The position numbers and the translations under genes were made by a program. Under the pieces are notes generated by a model that ran no database searches, was not told where the DNA came from, and was given only the letters and a program-made list of their open reading frames with translations. This document shows, in pieces, positions 20,479 through 30,227 of a DNA stretch of 64,000 nt (position 1 is the stretch's first letter; the number at the start of each line of letters is the position of its first letter). The DNA is from a virus: positions 32,001-96,000 of IMG/VR virus record IMGVR_UViG_3300047585_000208; one strand, written 5' to 3'.

Positions 20479-20595
20479 ATGTTCGAAATCAAGGTCAGTG
20501 ACATTCAACCTCTTCTGCAATACTTGACCGACGACCAGATCAACATGCTCACAACCATCCTCCAAGCCGAAAAGACCGCTCGCAGCAAGAAGTAA
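20479..20595 (+). CDS. Small hypothetical peptide (38 aa)
   Basis: AGGT RBS-like sequence; open frame MFEIKVSDIQ... Confidence 0.35.
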   Translation: MFEIKVSDIQPLLQYLTDDQINMLTTILQAEKTARSKK

Positions 20596-20706
20596 GCTTT
20601 GACTAGCGGCTTCGGCAGAGGTTTATCTGCCGCTAAGCAAGAAGGGCATGGTTCTCGGCCTGCTTAAACAGGCTACCCCGTAAAACAGAAAATCTGAAAG
20701 ATACAG

Positions 20707-21123
20707 ATGAGCAAACCAACGCGATATGATCCGCGTTCTTTTTGGTTCGTAATTGCCCGAAAGCCCAACAAGGATGTTGGGCTTTACTCTTTTCAATCTC
20801 GTGAAGATGCACGAGAGTTTGTTGATGAAAGTCCAAATCGCCCCTTTGGTCCTGTAGCGGTGGCTAAATCACCGCTTGAGCAGATCGCTCCGATGATGTA
20901 TCAGGCACTGCAACATCTTGTTCTAACAACTGGAACTCCGGCTGAAGGACTTGCTAAAGCGTTTGCCGAAGCGGTTTTAGCGGTTGCGTGCAAAGAACCT
21001 CGGCTGCCAGCTGCTTGCAGAATTACCAAGAACTGGCTGATGTACGACCGGGTCCAACCTGAGTGGGACCCTGACACGACGCTAGTAGGCCAGCTAAGAA
21101 CTGGGCTAGCTGCTGTTGGTTAA
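20707..21123 (+). CDS. Hypothetical protein
   Basis: 138 aa ORF followed by a terminator. Confidence 0.55.
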   Translation: MSKPTRYDPRSFWFVIARKPNKDVGLYSFQSREDAREFVDESPNRPFGPVAVAKSPLEQIAPMMYQALQHLVLTTGTPAEGLAKAFAEAVLAVACKEPRLPAACRITKNWLMYDRVQPEWDPDTTLVGQLRTGLAAVG

Positions 21124-21130
21124 AGGGAAC

Positions 21131-21174
21131 GCCCAGCAAGCTTTTCTAGTTGAAGAGCTTGCTGGGCTTATTTT
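21131..21174 (+). terminator. Rho-independent terminator
   Basis: Stem GCCCAGCAAGCTTTTC/GAAGAGCTTGCTGGGC followed by TTATTTT. Confidence 0.7.
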
Positions 21175-21269
21175 AAGGAGACCGTTTTGATCATTGACAT
21201 TGTCTAAAAGAAACCATTCGTGTTTGTCAGTTCAACGGTAAGTAATGCATTACTCAAAGGAGGAGTTTC

Positions 21270-21557
21270 ATGCTTGTGTTAATTAAGGTCACTCACAAAC
21301 TGCTCAATAGTGGTATCCGAAGTAGTTGTACCGAGTGCGCAATTTCTTTGGCGATTAAGCGTCTGGTGAAAAGGCCAGAGCTTGTTTCTGTTGGGATTTC
21401 AAAAATTAATCTTGGGCTCAGCGAAGCAATTGAATTACCGCTTAACGCTTATGTGTGGCGGCAACTCTACGATAAGGGGCTTCGTGTTGGCCCCACGTCG
21501 TTTGAGCTATTTATCCCGGATAACTTACTCAAACCAGAAGTGCTTAAAGCAAATTGA
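21270..21557 (+). CDS. Tandem paralog family member 1 (about 95 aa)
   Basis: IKVTHKLLNSG...CAISLAI...YDKGLRVGPTSF; preceded by palindrome and RBS. Confidence 0.7.
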   Translation: MLVLIKVTHKLLNSGIRSSCTECAISLAIKRLVKRPELVSVGISKINLGLSEAIELPLNAYVWRQLYDKGLRVGPTSFELFIPDNLLKPEVLKAN

Positions 21558-21586
21558 GTAATGCGTTACTCAGAAAGGACGATTAA

Positions 21587-21874
21587 ATGAGAATTGTTAT
21601 CACGCATAAACACATCCGCAACGGGGTCAAAGCTGACCCAGCTAATCATCCGCTCAAAAAGGCCGTTGATGACATACTTCGACTCGGTGTCTACGTCAGA
21701 GTCAAACAAGCTTCATTGTTCCTTTACAAAGAAGAACCAACTGAAAAAACACAACCATGGCGGGTTATACCGCTGGCAAGGTCTATTGTCAACTGGGTCA
21801 AAAACTTCGATCTTGGATTCAATCACAGCCCCAGAACGGTCTGGATAAGTTTACCAAAAGAAGTTTTAAAATAA
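21587..21874 (+). CDS. Tandem paralog family member 2
   Basis: IVITHKHIRNG...HPLKKAV...FDLG. Confidence 0.7.
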   Translation: MRIVITHKHIRNGVKADPANHPLKKAVDDILRLGVYVRVKQASLFLYKEEPTEKTQPWRVIPLARSIVNWVKNFDLGFNHSPRTVWISLPKEVLK

Positions 21875-21908
21875 ACTGGGCAGCGCATTACTCAAAAGGA
21901 AGGCCTTA

Positions 21909-22202
21909 ATGCAATTTACCATCACACAAGAACACATCGATCACGGGGTCAAAAATAACAGCTTAGCCAACCCAATTGCGTTGGCTATTAATGAAAGCCT
22001 GCGCGATGAGTTTTTCATAAGGATGGGCTGCAGTGTGTTAGGCGTTTTTTCTAAAAATGCGACCGTCAACTTGGCATTGGTATGGGTAGAGCTACCAACT
22101 GACATTAAAGACTGGTACGCAAAATATGGCTTAGGGCTAAAGTGCGGTCCAACGACCTTCGATTTGCGCATTTCAGCTGAGTTTCTAAAGCCAATTAAGT
22201 AA
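21909..22202 (+). CDS. Tandem paralog family member 3
   Basis: FTITQEHIDHG...NPIALAI...GPTTF. Confidence 0.7.
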   Translation: MQFTITQEHIDHGVKNNSLANPIALAINESLRDEFFIRMGCSVLGVFSKNATVNLALVWVELPTDIKDWYAKYGLGLKCGPTTFDLRISAEFLKPIK

Positions 22203-22227
22203 GGCATTACTCAAAAGGAGGGCCTTA

Positions 22228-22521
22228 ATGAAGATTACTATCGCTATCACTGAAGAACACATTAAACACGGAATAAGAAAAAGTGCAGCTGACTGTCCAG
22301 TTAAACTTGCGATCGATGAGGTAGTGCGGTCGAACGTGCTTGTGCGTGCTGGGTATTACCTAACAATGCGAGAGCTGGGCAGTGTTGACAGTACCAGAGT
22401 TTTTGTGGCTCGGCTAGTTGAACTACGTTGCTGGATGGGCCGTTTTGATTGCGGCCTCCCCGTTAAACCAATCACATTTGAAATAGATATACCAAACTGG
22501 TTTTTAAAGCCAATTAAGTAA
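22228..22521 (+). CDS. Tandem paralog family member 4
   Basis: IAITEEHIKHG...CPVKLAI...VKPITF. Confidence 0.7.
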   Translation: MKITIAITEEHIKHGIRKSAADCPVKLAIDEVVRSNVLVRAGYYLTMRELGSVDSTRVFVARLVELRCWMGRFDCGLPVKPITFEIDIPNWFLKPIK

Positions 22522-22546
22522 GGCATTACTCAAAAGGAGAGTCTTA

Positions 22547-22897
22547 ATGAAGATTACTATCACTGTCACTGAAGAACACATTAGACACGGAATAAAAAGA
22601 AGTACAGCTAACTGTCCAGTTAAACTTGCGATCGATGAGGTAGTGCGATCGAACGTGCTTGTACGTGTTGGGAATTGCCTAATAATACAAGAGCTGGGCA
22701 GTGTCGTCAAGGCCGGATTTTATTTGAGTCCGCTAGTTGAACCACGTCTCTGGATAGCCCGTTTTGATAACGACCTCCCCGTTAAACCAATCACATTTGA
22801 AATAAATATACCAAGCCGGTTTTTAAAGTTTAGCGCCGACGATGCGCTAACTGCTGCCGGTACTCTCCCGCAAGTTCTCCGAGATACTGTTCGCTGA
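22547..22897 (+). CDS. Tandem paralog family member 5 (recent duplicate of member 4)
   Basis: DNA closely similar to 22228-22521 up to about 22828, then reads on into the 3' end of the opposite-strand gene. Confidence 0.65.
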   Translation: MKITITVTEEHIRHGIKRSTANCPVKLAIDEVVRSNVLVRVGNCLIIQELGSVVKAGFYLSPLVEPRLWIARFDNDLPVKPITFEINIPSRFLKFSADDALTAAGTLPQVLRDTVR

Positions 22898-24035
22898 GCC
22901 TAGTTTGTTCCTGAGAGGCTTCTTTGGCGATGGGCTGAACTCCGAGGCTGCTTAAGAGTCGATCAAGCTGTATAGCGTCTGGAACGGGCAGCGTTGGCAA
23001 AAGCGCCGCTGCCTTTTCGCTATCAACATGAAGTCCGTCGCTAGTAACACGATCCGCAAAGCCATCCCCAAAATAATCGCGAATCTCCGCCAGCTTGACT
23101 CTTTCGAGATCCGCAAGCTTATAAATGCTACCAGTGAGAAGGCCACAATGTTCTTTGGCAACTTCAGCCATCTTCTCACCGGTTAACCCGAAAACAACGT
23201 CTTCGACCGGGCGAATCGCACTATCGTACTGTTTGATTTTCATCGTACGGTCAAACTGATCAATCACACCAGCAACCTTCACTCGCATTCCGGGCTCTCG
23301 CAACTTTGCCCGGTTGCTTTCAAGCATAGTTGCGAATTTGAGCATTTCGCTCTGCAGCTCGCTAAGTTGGTTGCCTTGGCGAGTTGCTTTTACTCTGTTT
23401 TTGATAGCCGTTACGACTTCGCTGCAAGGAGAAGCCCCATGTCCAGCTTGCTTTGTGATGTACTCATTAAGCGCACCAAGCGTAACCCCGTATTCAGCTT
23501 GCTTCTGGAGGATCTTATCTGCAATTTGCTGCCTAATCTCAAACGGCAATTCAACGCGGTGTTTGACAAGATAGTCAGCAGCGGCCTTTACCTCGTTTAC
23601 GTTCACCATCCGGTAGTGCCTGCGCTTACTGCCGTTTTCTTCCCATACAAGTGCAAAGTCGTCGTCACTAAGAGTTGAATCGTCCGGAATAACCGTTTTC
23701 GCCAATTTTATAGATTCGACTTTCTTTTTTAATTCGTCAACGGCATTGCCGATTCCGTGGATATGCGCACAACGAGTAATGCGTTTCTCAATAAACTCAG
23801 CGTCTGTCGGTTTAAAGAGCGCCTTCTTCTCTAGAAAGAAAGCCGCGCTTGTCCAGGTCGCAGCAGCGGTGTCACAAGGGAAGAGCCTGTGCTTTGGATC
23901 ACCGTAGGCCTCTGTAGGAAGCGTAGAATTACCACACAGTTCCTCGTGGCTGGCCTGTTTCACATAATCAGGCGTATTATAAGTAGCCGCGATCTTGTGG
24001 AATTCCCGTTGACCTTTGTCGGAGCGCTGATCCAT
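22830..24035 (-). CDS. Hypothetical protein, possibly head-assembly related
   Basis: 401 aa; same strand as the terminase; several KxA motifs. Confidence 0.65.
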   Translation of the reverse strand: MDQRSDKGQREFHKIAATYNTPDYVKQASHEELCGNSTLPTEAYGDPKHRLFPCDTAAATWTSAAFFLEKKALFKPTDAEFIEKRITRCAHIHGIGNAVDELKKKVESIKLAKTVIPDDSTLSDDDFALVWEENGSKRRHYRMVNVNEVKAAADYLVKHRVELPFEIRQQIADKILQKQAEYGVTLGALNEYITKQAGHGASPCSEVVTAIKNRVKATRQGNQLSELQSEMLKFATMLESNRAKLREPGMRVKVAGVIDQFDRTMKIKQYDSAIRPVEDVVFGLTGEKMAEVAKEHCGLLTGSIYKLADLERVKLAEIRDYFGDGFADRVTSDGLHVDSEKAAALLPTLPVPDAIQLDRLLSSLGVQPIAKEASQEQTRLSEQYLGELAGEYRQQLAHRRR

Positions 24036-26705
24036 ATGACGAACCTTTCAAGCCGAATGATTTGGTACGACGTTTTGCAGTGTCTTAATATTGAGACTAC
24101 AACCAAGTCGCTTCCTTGCACAGCCCAGTGTCCTGCGTGCAAAGCGCTTACCCTCCTTATTATGAACGATCAAACGTTTGGCGGAGAGTGGTACTACTGT
24201 ACGAGTTGTAAGATATCAGGAGATAATTTTGACATATGGCAACTTGGTTCTGGATTACCTCCGGTAGAAGCGGCTTTTCGAGCTGCTGAACTGCGGCTGA
24301 TGGCAGACCGCCCAAGCTACGCCGATATTGACGAACATACAGCTCAAGTCAACGAACGAAATGCTAACCTCGAAGTTCTTCGGGAATCTCAAGACTATAT
24401 GCGATCGACCTCCTCGCTCGCGAGGATATTCCCGTTCATCGACGCTAAGAACTCGGACTGGCCCGAAAGATGCGGGAAATTTGTAGGCGCTCTAAGCCGT
24501 ATGCGACTGGCAGAAGTAGTAGTGCCACGCAGGCTCGATAACATTTCCACGAGCCTTCGCCGAAGTATGTTCGGAAAACAGCACCTAAAACCTGAATGGA
24601 ACGAAGTCCTCATAATTCCTTTTTGGGACATGCCGGGAAGGCTATCAGCGGTTACTGGAACTACTTATGACGGACAGCAGTTCTATACTCGCTACATAGC
24701 TGCGCCTTTTAATAAAAAGCCTGGGTCTGGCTTACGGACTGGCGCAGCAATGCTTCAAGTAGGCCTTGATCCGGCAATAAGGCCATTTGCTAAACCATTT
24801 GGCGCTATCCTTGTAGCAATTGATCCTCTAATGGCGCTTGAGCAGCACGCTAGGCAATTCCAAACCTCTGACGAGATATTACCCCTCGTAACGGTTTACC
24901 CGACGGCTAGAGCTTTTCAGTTCAAGCAAGTTTTCGACAACAGACCTATCGTCTTTGTTGGTCGGGAAAACCATGAACTTCCGCTGCTCTTCAAGTGTGC
25001 TCGCGAGCTGGATACTCGTATAGCAGTTATTGAAACAGACCATGTGGCTGGTCCTACTCGTCATTACATGACAACCGACAAAACTTGTCGTGCGTGGATG
25101 GAGTATGAACTTCAGTTTGCTAAGCCTTGGGCAGACGTGCTTGAGCAGCAGCTCGCAAAAATGCAAGCAACTGAAGCAGGACCGTTTCTAGAGAAAGTTG
25201 GATTTACCCAGGACGCCGCTTCGGCCTTTATTAGAGGCTGCCCAGCTACACTGCGTAACCGCCTTACTTTCTTAACAACTGAATCAAAAACTAAGTCAAC
25301 TAAGATCGGGACGATCGAAATAGTCGAAACAGAAGCTGGCTGGCGCATTGCTAAGACGAAGGAGCTTATTTGCAATGCTTCTTTCCGAATCGACGAGCTC
25401 GTGTACATGCAAAGCACCGGTAAGACACTAGCGTCAGGGGTAATCCGGTTCAACGGAGAAGATATTCCATTCTCAGCTCCTTACAGTTCTTTTGACCTAG
25501 CGCCGTTTAGGTGGTTTAAGCACTATCTACTGAAGCTTGGCAAAGGTGTGCTTTCTTTCCATTCCTCTTGGCAAAAACACGCTATCCACATATCGGAGAA
25601 CTTTCATAAGCCGGTTAGTCGCTCTGTAGCTGGAACCTACGGCTGGGACGAACCAAACAAAAATTGGCTCTTTCCTCACTGGACAATCGAAGACGGTGGT
25701 AAGGTCGTGGAGCACAGTGTTACTGATTTTGAAACTCCGTTTAGGCCGTGCCATGTCATTGCCAAACCCAGGAAGTTCACAATTCAGGAGCTCCTCGATC
25801 TTGGAGATATGAACTCAGTTGGTTTTTGGAAGCTTACTGGGGCAGTGCTAGCTAACCTGCTCGCAAAGAGATATTCAGCCAAACCAACTGGAATAGGCCT
25901 CATTGGTTGGAAGCTGCAGTCAACTCTGCCTCTCCTGGAACAACTCGGCTGCGCCTTAATAAAGCGTGGTAATCCAAGAAAGTGGCACAGAAGCCCGGAT
26001 CGCTGGCATGAATACGAGCTAGCTGAACAATGGCCTCTTGCTATGGAGCAGCTTGTGCGCGGCCAGAGGTGGTGGGACTGGATAGCGCAGCCAGAGCATA
26101 ACTGCATTGCTTGCTTTATTCCACTCCAAGGTAGGCTTGCCGCCCTGACTTACGGCTGGACTTTGATCCAAGAGCCACTTTGGGATCGAGTAATGCATTA
26201 CTCAGAATTCGCAAGATTCGTTGTACCGTCTGTGCTCCAGTGGATCGAGGGATCGAATAAGAAAATCAAACTGCACAGCCGCGGGATGTTCGATTGGGCA
26301 TTTGAGATTCTGAGGGAGTGGTTTACTGCGGAAGGTGGGAATCCGGTCGCAATCAACTATGCTGCGCTTGATATCGATGAAACGAACAGCCCGGGGATGA
26401 AGTTTGGTTATGCCCTTCAGGCGGCGCTGAAGAGGAATTTGCTAATAACAACAACAGAAGGGGTTGATGAAGCAGCTGGAACTCTTGTGCTAACTCGCAA
26501 TCAGAAGATTTGGCTAGCTGAAGCAGATCTCAGGACAGCGATTATCAAGAGCCGATCACCAAGGATTCCTGAAGAGCTCGTAACGAAGGAACTTGAAGCT
26601 GCGAAGGTTTTAAGCGAGAGAATTCGTATGGGTGAGAGAGGCTGGCTCTTTGACGAAAAGTGGTTTAGCTCTTGTAAAAGGAGAATTGCAAACGACGAAG
26701 AGTGA
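24036..26705 (+). CDS. Large protein with N-terminal zinc finger (primase/DUF927-like, uncertain)
   Basis: CPAC...CTSCKISGD zinc-binding motif; LIIPFWDMPGRL; YGWDE; start taken as the first ATG that does not overlap the divergent gene. Confidence 0.5.
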   Translation: MTNLSSRMIWYDVLQCLNIETTTKSLPCTAQCPACKALTLLIMNDQTFGGEWYYCTSCKISGDNFDIWQLGSGLPPVEAAFRAAELRLMADRPSYADIDEHTAQVNERNANLEVLRESQDYMRSTSSLARIFPFIDAKNSDWPERCGKFVGALSRMRLAEVVVPRRLDNISTSLRRSMFGKQHLKPEWNEVLIIPFWDMPGRLSAVTGTTYDGQQFYTRYIAAPFNKKPGSGLRTGAAMLQVGLDPAIRPFAKPFGAILVAIDPLMALEQHARQFQTSDEILPLVTVYPTARAFQFKQVFDNRPIVFVGRENHELPLLFKCARELDTRIAVIETDHVAGPTRHYMTTDKTCRAWMEYELQFAKPWADVLEQQLAKMQATEAGPFLEKVGFTQDAASAFIRGCPATLRNRLTFLTTESKTKSTKIGTIEIVETEAGWRIAKTKELICNASFRIDELVYMQSTGKTLASGVIRFNGEDIPFSAPYSSFDLAPFRWFKHYLLKLGKGVLSFHSSWQKHAIHISENFHKPVSRSVAGTYGWDEPNKNWLFPHWTIEDGGKVVEHSVTDFETPFRPCHVIAKPRKFTIQELLDLGDMNSVGFWKLTGAVLANLLAKRYSAKPTGIGLIGWKLQSTLPLLEQLGCALIKRGNPRKWHRSPDRWHEYELAEQWPLAMEQLVRGQRWWDWIAQPEHNCIACFIPLQGRLAALTYGWTLIQEPLWDRVMHYSEFARFVVPSVLQWIEGSNKKIKLHSRGMFDWAFEILREWFTAEGGNPVAINYAALDIDETNSPGMKFGYALQAALKRNLLITTTEGVDEAAGTLVLTRNQKIWLAEADLRTAIIKSRSPRIPEELVTKELEAAKVLSERIRMGERGWLFDEKWFSSCKRRIANDEE

Positions 26706-26753
26706 TTTGCTGGTGAACTGCTGGATAATGGCGTCATAGCTAGGAGAAAAGTT

Positions 26754-27215
26754 ATGACGCCATATATTCGCTGGATGATTCGGATGGACATCCAAAGGTT
26801 ACTCACGATAGAAGAGAACAGCTTTGACCAACCCTGGGACGAAAAGACGTTTTTAGATCAGATGCGGAAAAGGGATGTGATTGGGCTGGTTTCTGAAGTT
26901 GACGGGATCGTCGCTGGGTACATAATGTACTCGCTGGAAGACGGCTGGATGAGACTTTTAAATTTGGCCGTGACGCCGGAGCTTAGGCGGCAATCAATAG
27001 GCTCACAGTTGGTGATGAAATTGAAGTCGAAGCTGGAGCTCCACAAAAGAGAGTTCATTGAGATTACGGTTCGTGAAGGAAATACAGTCGCACAGGTATT
27101 TTTCCGTGAACTTGGTTTCGTGTGCGAGTTGCCAGTGTTGCGCAGTCATTTTGAGGACCCAGTTGAAGATGGGTATCAACTTTTTTACAGACTTCGAAAA
27201 AAGATTAAAGAATAA
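26754..27215 (+). CDS. rimI: RimI-like GNAT N-acetyltransferase
   Basis: IRWMIRMD...LLNLAVTPELRRQSIG...VREGNTVAQVFFRELGF...EDGY; AGGAG RBS. Confidence 0.85.
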   Translation: MTPYIRWMIRMDIQRLLTIEENSFDQPWDEKTFLDQMRKRDVIGLVSEVDGIVAGYIMYSLEDGWMRLLNLAVTPELRRQSIGSQLVMKLKSKLELHKREFIEITVREGNTVAQVFFRELGFVCELPVLRSHFEDPVEDGYQLFYRLRKKIKE

Positions 27216-27241
27216 ACCAGATTACTTCAACTGACCAGAAG

Positions 27242-29125
27242 CTATTGAATTCCAAAGAAACCGGCCATACCGTCATCGGAAGGCCCGTAGTGCTGCGGAG
27301 ATAGCATTTGCATTTGGCTTTCGGATATTTTCGTATTTGCTACTTCTGCCAAATCTGGCCAAGAGCCTTTTATATGGCACGCGGCGCACACAGCGAAATT
27401 CACACTGTGCGCATAGTCGTCTGAACGCCCAACCGCCCTAACAATTGTGTAAACGTCTCTACCTCTAGCTGATTCCATTTTGTTTTCAGTCAGCGCAAGG
27501 AAGTCGTCCAGCAGCCCAACTTCATCCGAGTCGACGTAGTCATAGGCAAACGTACGAATGTATTGGAACTTTAGGAGCGTGCACGTGTTGACAAGACTGC
27601 GCGCTTTATCGAGTAACCAATAATTCCTGGAATTCTTAACTTCACTCTTGTGAAATGAAATTAGAGATTTAGACGAACAATATACAAATGGGACCAATTG
27701 TTCTATTGGTAAACCCATGTGGACCATCAAAGCTTCACGTACAGCGCCGCTGCCGCAATTATCATGAGCACAAAAATGGCAACGGAACTTTTGATAGTCC
27801 TGGAGGATTGAAATTCCTTCAGAAATCTGGTCGGCTGGGTTAAGTAATTGACGACCATAAATGACATCAAACTTACCGTCAGGTCTAACACCCAAAACAC
27901 AATACTTTGTAAGGCTGACGGCCTGCCGCTCACCGCTACTAACAGTTTCGGCTTTCAAACCGGAACCCCAGTCGACACCCATAATTCTCAAAATGTAATC
28001 ATCGAGATGGCGTAAAGCTTCTGTAGGTTCGTTCCGGCATAGTGGATCATTTTTCCACGGAAGTATAGCAGCATTCATCAAGTCCGTCTTCGTGACAAGT
28101 TTAATCCCCTGGTCACAGCTCTCGCCCAAAACCTCGTTGTCAAAGTTAGCTGGAGAAGTGTTGTCTTTTCCCTCTCGCTTTCCTAAAAGGGTCTTCCAGC
28201 GATCTCGTTTCGCATAATGCATTGGCATGATAATTTGAGGAATGTGCATACCAAAAAAATCCCATCTACGCTCTGGTCTCGAATGCAACCATCGTCCCGT
28301 TCTGGGGTTAATCGGTCTTTGGCACTTAGCACAAACCACCCCCGGGGCATGTTCAGAGATATCTTCGCGATCTGGGCCAATCATCTTGTCAATATCAAAA
28401 GCTTTAGCGGGGATATTGCTATAGTTACAAGCCGGACAGACGATCAACCATTCCGCCTGAGAGCTACTCTGCCAAAGGGATTCCAGGGTATTGTCGAGCG
28501 TCAGAGCTGTCCCACTATACTGCGTCAACCGCCACTGGCTAGCGCTCAGAACTTCCTTGATAACAGGCAACAAGTCAATACTGATGTTTTGAACTTCGTC
28601 GATTAGGAGATTATCAATAGCGAGACCGCGGATTCGGTCCGCGTCAGTTAAAGCAAAGCTAAAAAAAATCTTAGACAAATTACTAAAGCTACGCTGTAAA
28701 ACCGACGCATCGACTGTGGTACCCATAAGCAGTTGCTTAATCGGCGACTGGTCAATGAGTGGTCGGACGTACTGTGTGGACTCTCTTTTCGACTGCTCAA
28801 ACCTTGGCGCAACGTACAGCACAGAATAATAGGCTATAGCTGCGCACCTCAAAACGGCGTTGACAGCGATAGTCTGCGACTTCCCGACTTGCCGAGCCGC
28901 TTTAACAACGCTCTGCAACGGCGATCTAACCTGAAACATTGTCTCAAATGGAAAATGGTCTTTAAGCGTAAACGGCTTTCCGCGCAAATTGAACAATAGC
29001 GGCAAAACTGGCGCGAGGTTTGTAACCCGCCCACTTGCCATCAACTGACAAAACGCATTCACCTTCTCTACATCTGACAACCCTTTTCCCGATAACGATT
29101 TAACAGCGTTCTCTATGTCATGCAT
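27242..29125 (-). CDS. Terminase large subunit (GpA-like)
   Basis: Walker A ARQVGKS, Walker B LLIDEVQ, CPAC/CAKC zinc motifs, nuclease GVDWG, C-terminal DDYAHS. Confidence 0.85.
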   Translation of the reverse strand: MHDIENAVKSLSGKGLSDVEKVNAFCQLMASGRVTNLAPVLPLLFNLRGKPFTLKDHFPFETMFQVRSPLQSVVKAARQVGKSQTIAVNAVLRCAAIAYYSVLYVAPRFEQSKRESTQYVRPLIDQSPIKQLLMGTTVDASVLQRSFSNLSKIFFSFALTDADRIRGLAIDNLLIDEVQNISIDLLPVIKEVLSASQWRLTQYSGTALTLDNTLESLWQSSSQAEWLIVCPACNYSNIPAKAFDIDKMIGPDREDISEHAPGVVCAKCQRPINPRTGRWLHSRPERRWDFFGMHIPQIIMPMHYAKRDRWKTLLGKREGKDNTSPANFDNEVLGESCDQGIKLVTKTDLMNAAILPWKNDPLCRNEPTEALRHLDDYILRIMGVDWGSGLKAETVSSGERQAVSLTKYCVLGVRPDGKFDVIYGRQLLNPADQISEGISILQDYQKFRCHFCAHDNCGSGAVREALMVHMGLPIEQLVPFVYCSSKSLISFHKSEVKNSRNYWLLDKARSLVNTCTLLKFQYIRTFAYDYVDSDEVGLLDDFLALTENKMESARGRDVYTIVRAVGRSDDYAHSVNFAVCAACHIKGSWPDLAEVANTKISESQMQMLSPQHYGPSDDGMAGFFGIQ

Positions 29126-29454
29126 GTCCGAAACCCTTCAATTTCCCATTGACACCCCAAGAGGGTGCTTCTCCTGTATTAGCTAGACGGTTTTACATCA
29201 CAGGAGAATTTAGTGCAGCATCAAGAGTTCTTTCCGCGTTATGCAACAACTACGATAGCAGGCGGTTGCATCATCTGGTTTTGTGGCCTAGGCCCTTGGG
29301 CTTTAATTGGAGCGTCCATAGCTCTCGTCCTTAGTAAGTCTTTCCTTAACGAGCTAGACGATTAGTATACGCTCGCAGCTGAGTAACGCATTACTCAGGC
29401 CCTACAGCAGAAGGTAATCTGCTGCTTTCATAAATTCAATTAAGGAGTTTCGCA

Positions 29455-29874
29455 ATGGAAGAAGTAATGACAGCGGCAATGGAAAATTGGCAGCTATGGC
29501 TACTGGGAGTGCTCGGGGTTATAGCTGTATGGCCAATTGGCGGTAAATTTACCATGGGGCTATTCTCAACGGGGGATTTTAGTGACGACATCGCATTTTG
29601 GCTTTGGCCAGCGCTCCTGCCAATGCTTGCAGTGGTCGCGGGGCTTACCGTTACAGTAGCTGTAGCTCACCGAGCTGGTTTAGCGGTTTATGCACTGTAC
29701 CCAAAAGGGAGTTCACTGCATAAAACGCGGGTATTTAAAGCTGGACAAGCTGTTGATTACATGATTACTTGGTTAATTTGCCCGGATGACTGTAAAACGT
29801 TTAAGATTCACCCAAGCAAAGCGTCACAATCCGATTCCAAGTACCCCGTCTTCGGCTACCCAAAGGGTCACTAA
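29455..29874 (+). CDS. Small membrane protein, 'WP' paralog family
   Basis: AAGGAG RBS; two TM helices; FWLWP. Confidence 0.6.
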   Translation: MEEVMTAAMENWQLWLLGVLGVIAVWPIGGKFTMGLFSTGDFSDDIAFWLWPALLPMLAVVAGLTVTVAVAHRAGLAVYALYPKGSSLHKTRVFKAGQAVDYMITWLICPDDCKTFKIHPSKASQSDSKYPVFGYPKGH

Positions 29875-29883
29875 GGAGCGCCA

Positions 29884-30216
29884 ATGCTAACAATCCTCTT
29901 TAGTGGCTGGCCTTACTTCTTGCTCGGACTCCTCTTGACCATCCTCGTTTGGCGAATTGGTTATCACACAACTCTCGGGATCTGCAACGCAAACGAGCAA
30001 GACAGGGGCTGTGGGTTAGTTTTTCTGTTCTGGCCAGTAATTGCAGCTTTCATTGTTATCGTGTCTGCGCTTATTCCCGTCTGTGTGGCCTTACCTCGCT
30101 TAGCGAGATGGCTTCAAGGTGGAGCTAAATTTTCAAAGGCTAACCCACCTGTTACTTACAAGTTCGGTAAATGGTGGATTGATCAAGTTCAAACCTTCTA
30201 CAAACTCAGTAGCTAA
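29884..30216 (+). CDS. Small membrane protein, 'WP' paralog family
   Basis: Two TM helices; FLFWP; YKFGKWW. Confidence 0.6.
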   Translation: MLTILFSGWPYFLLGLLLTILVWRIGYHTTLGICNANEQDRGCGLVFLFWPVIAAFIVIVSALIPVCVALPRLARWLQGGAKFSKANPPVTYKFGKWWIDQVQTFYKLSS

Positions 30217-30227
30217 AGGAGACCTAA

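Noticed and set aside
19852-20565. 237-aa minus-strand ORF
   Set aside because: Antisense to the RBS-supported PPC-domain gene
21239-22532. Regularly spaced palindromic repeats as a CRISPR array
   Set aside because: The repeats are 18 bp and the intervals are about 300-bp protein-coding genes; no cas genes are present
22228-22828. Near-identical gene pair as a DGR template/variable repeat
   Set aside because: Differences run in both directions and include non-A positions; no reverse transcriptase in the window
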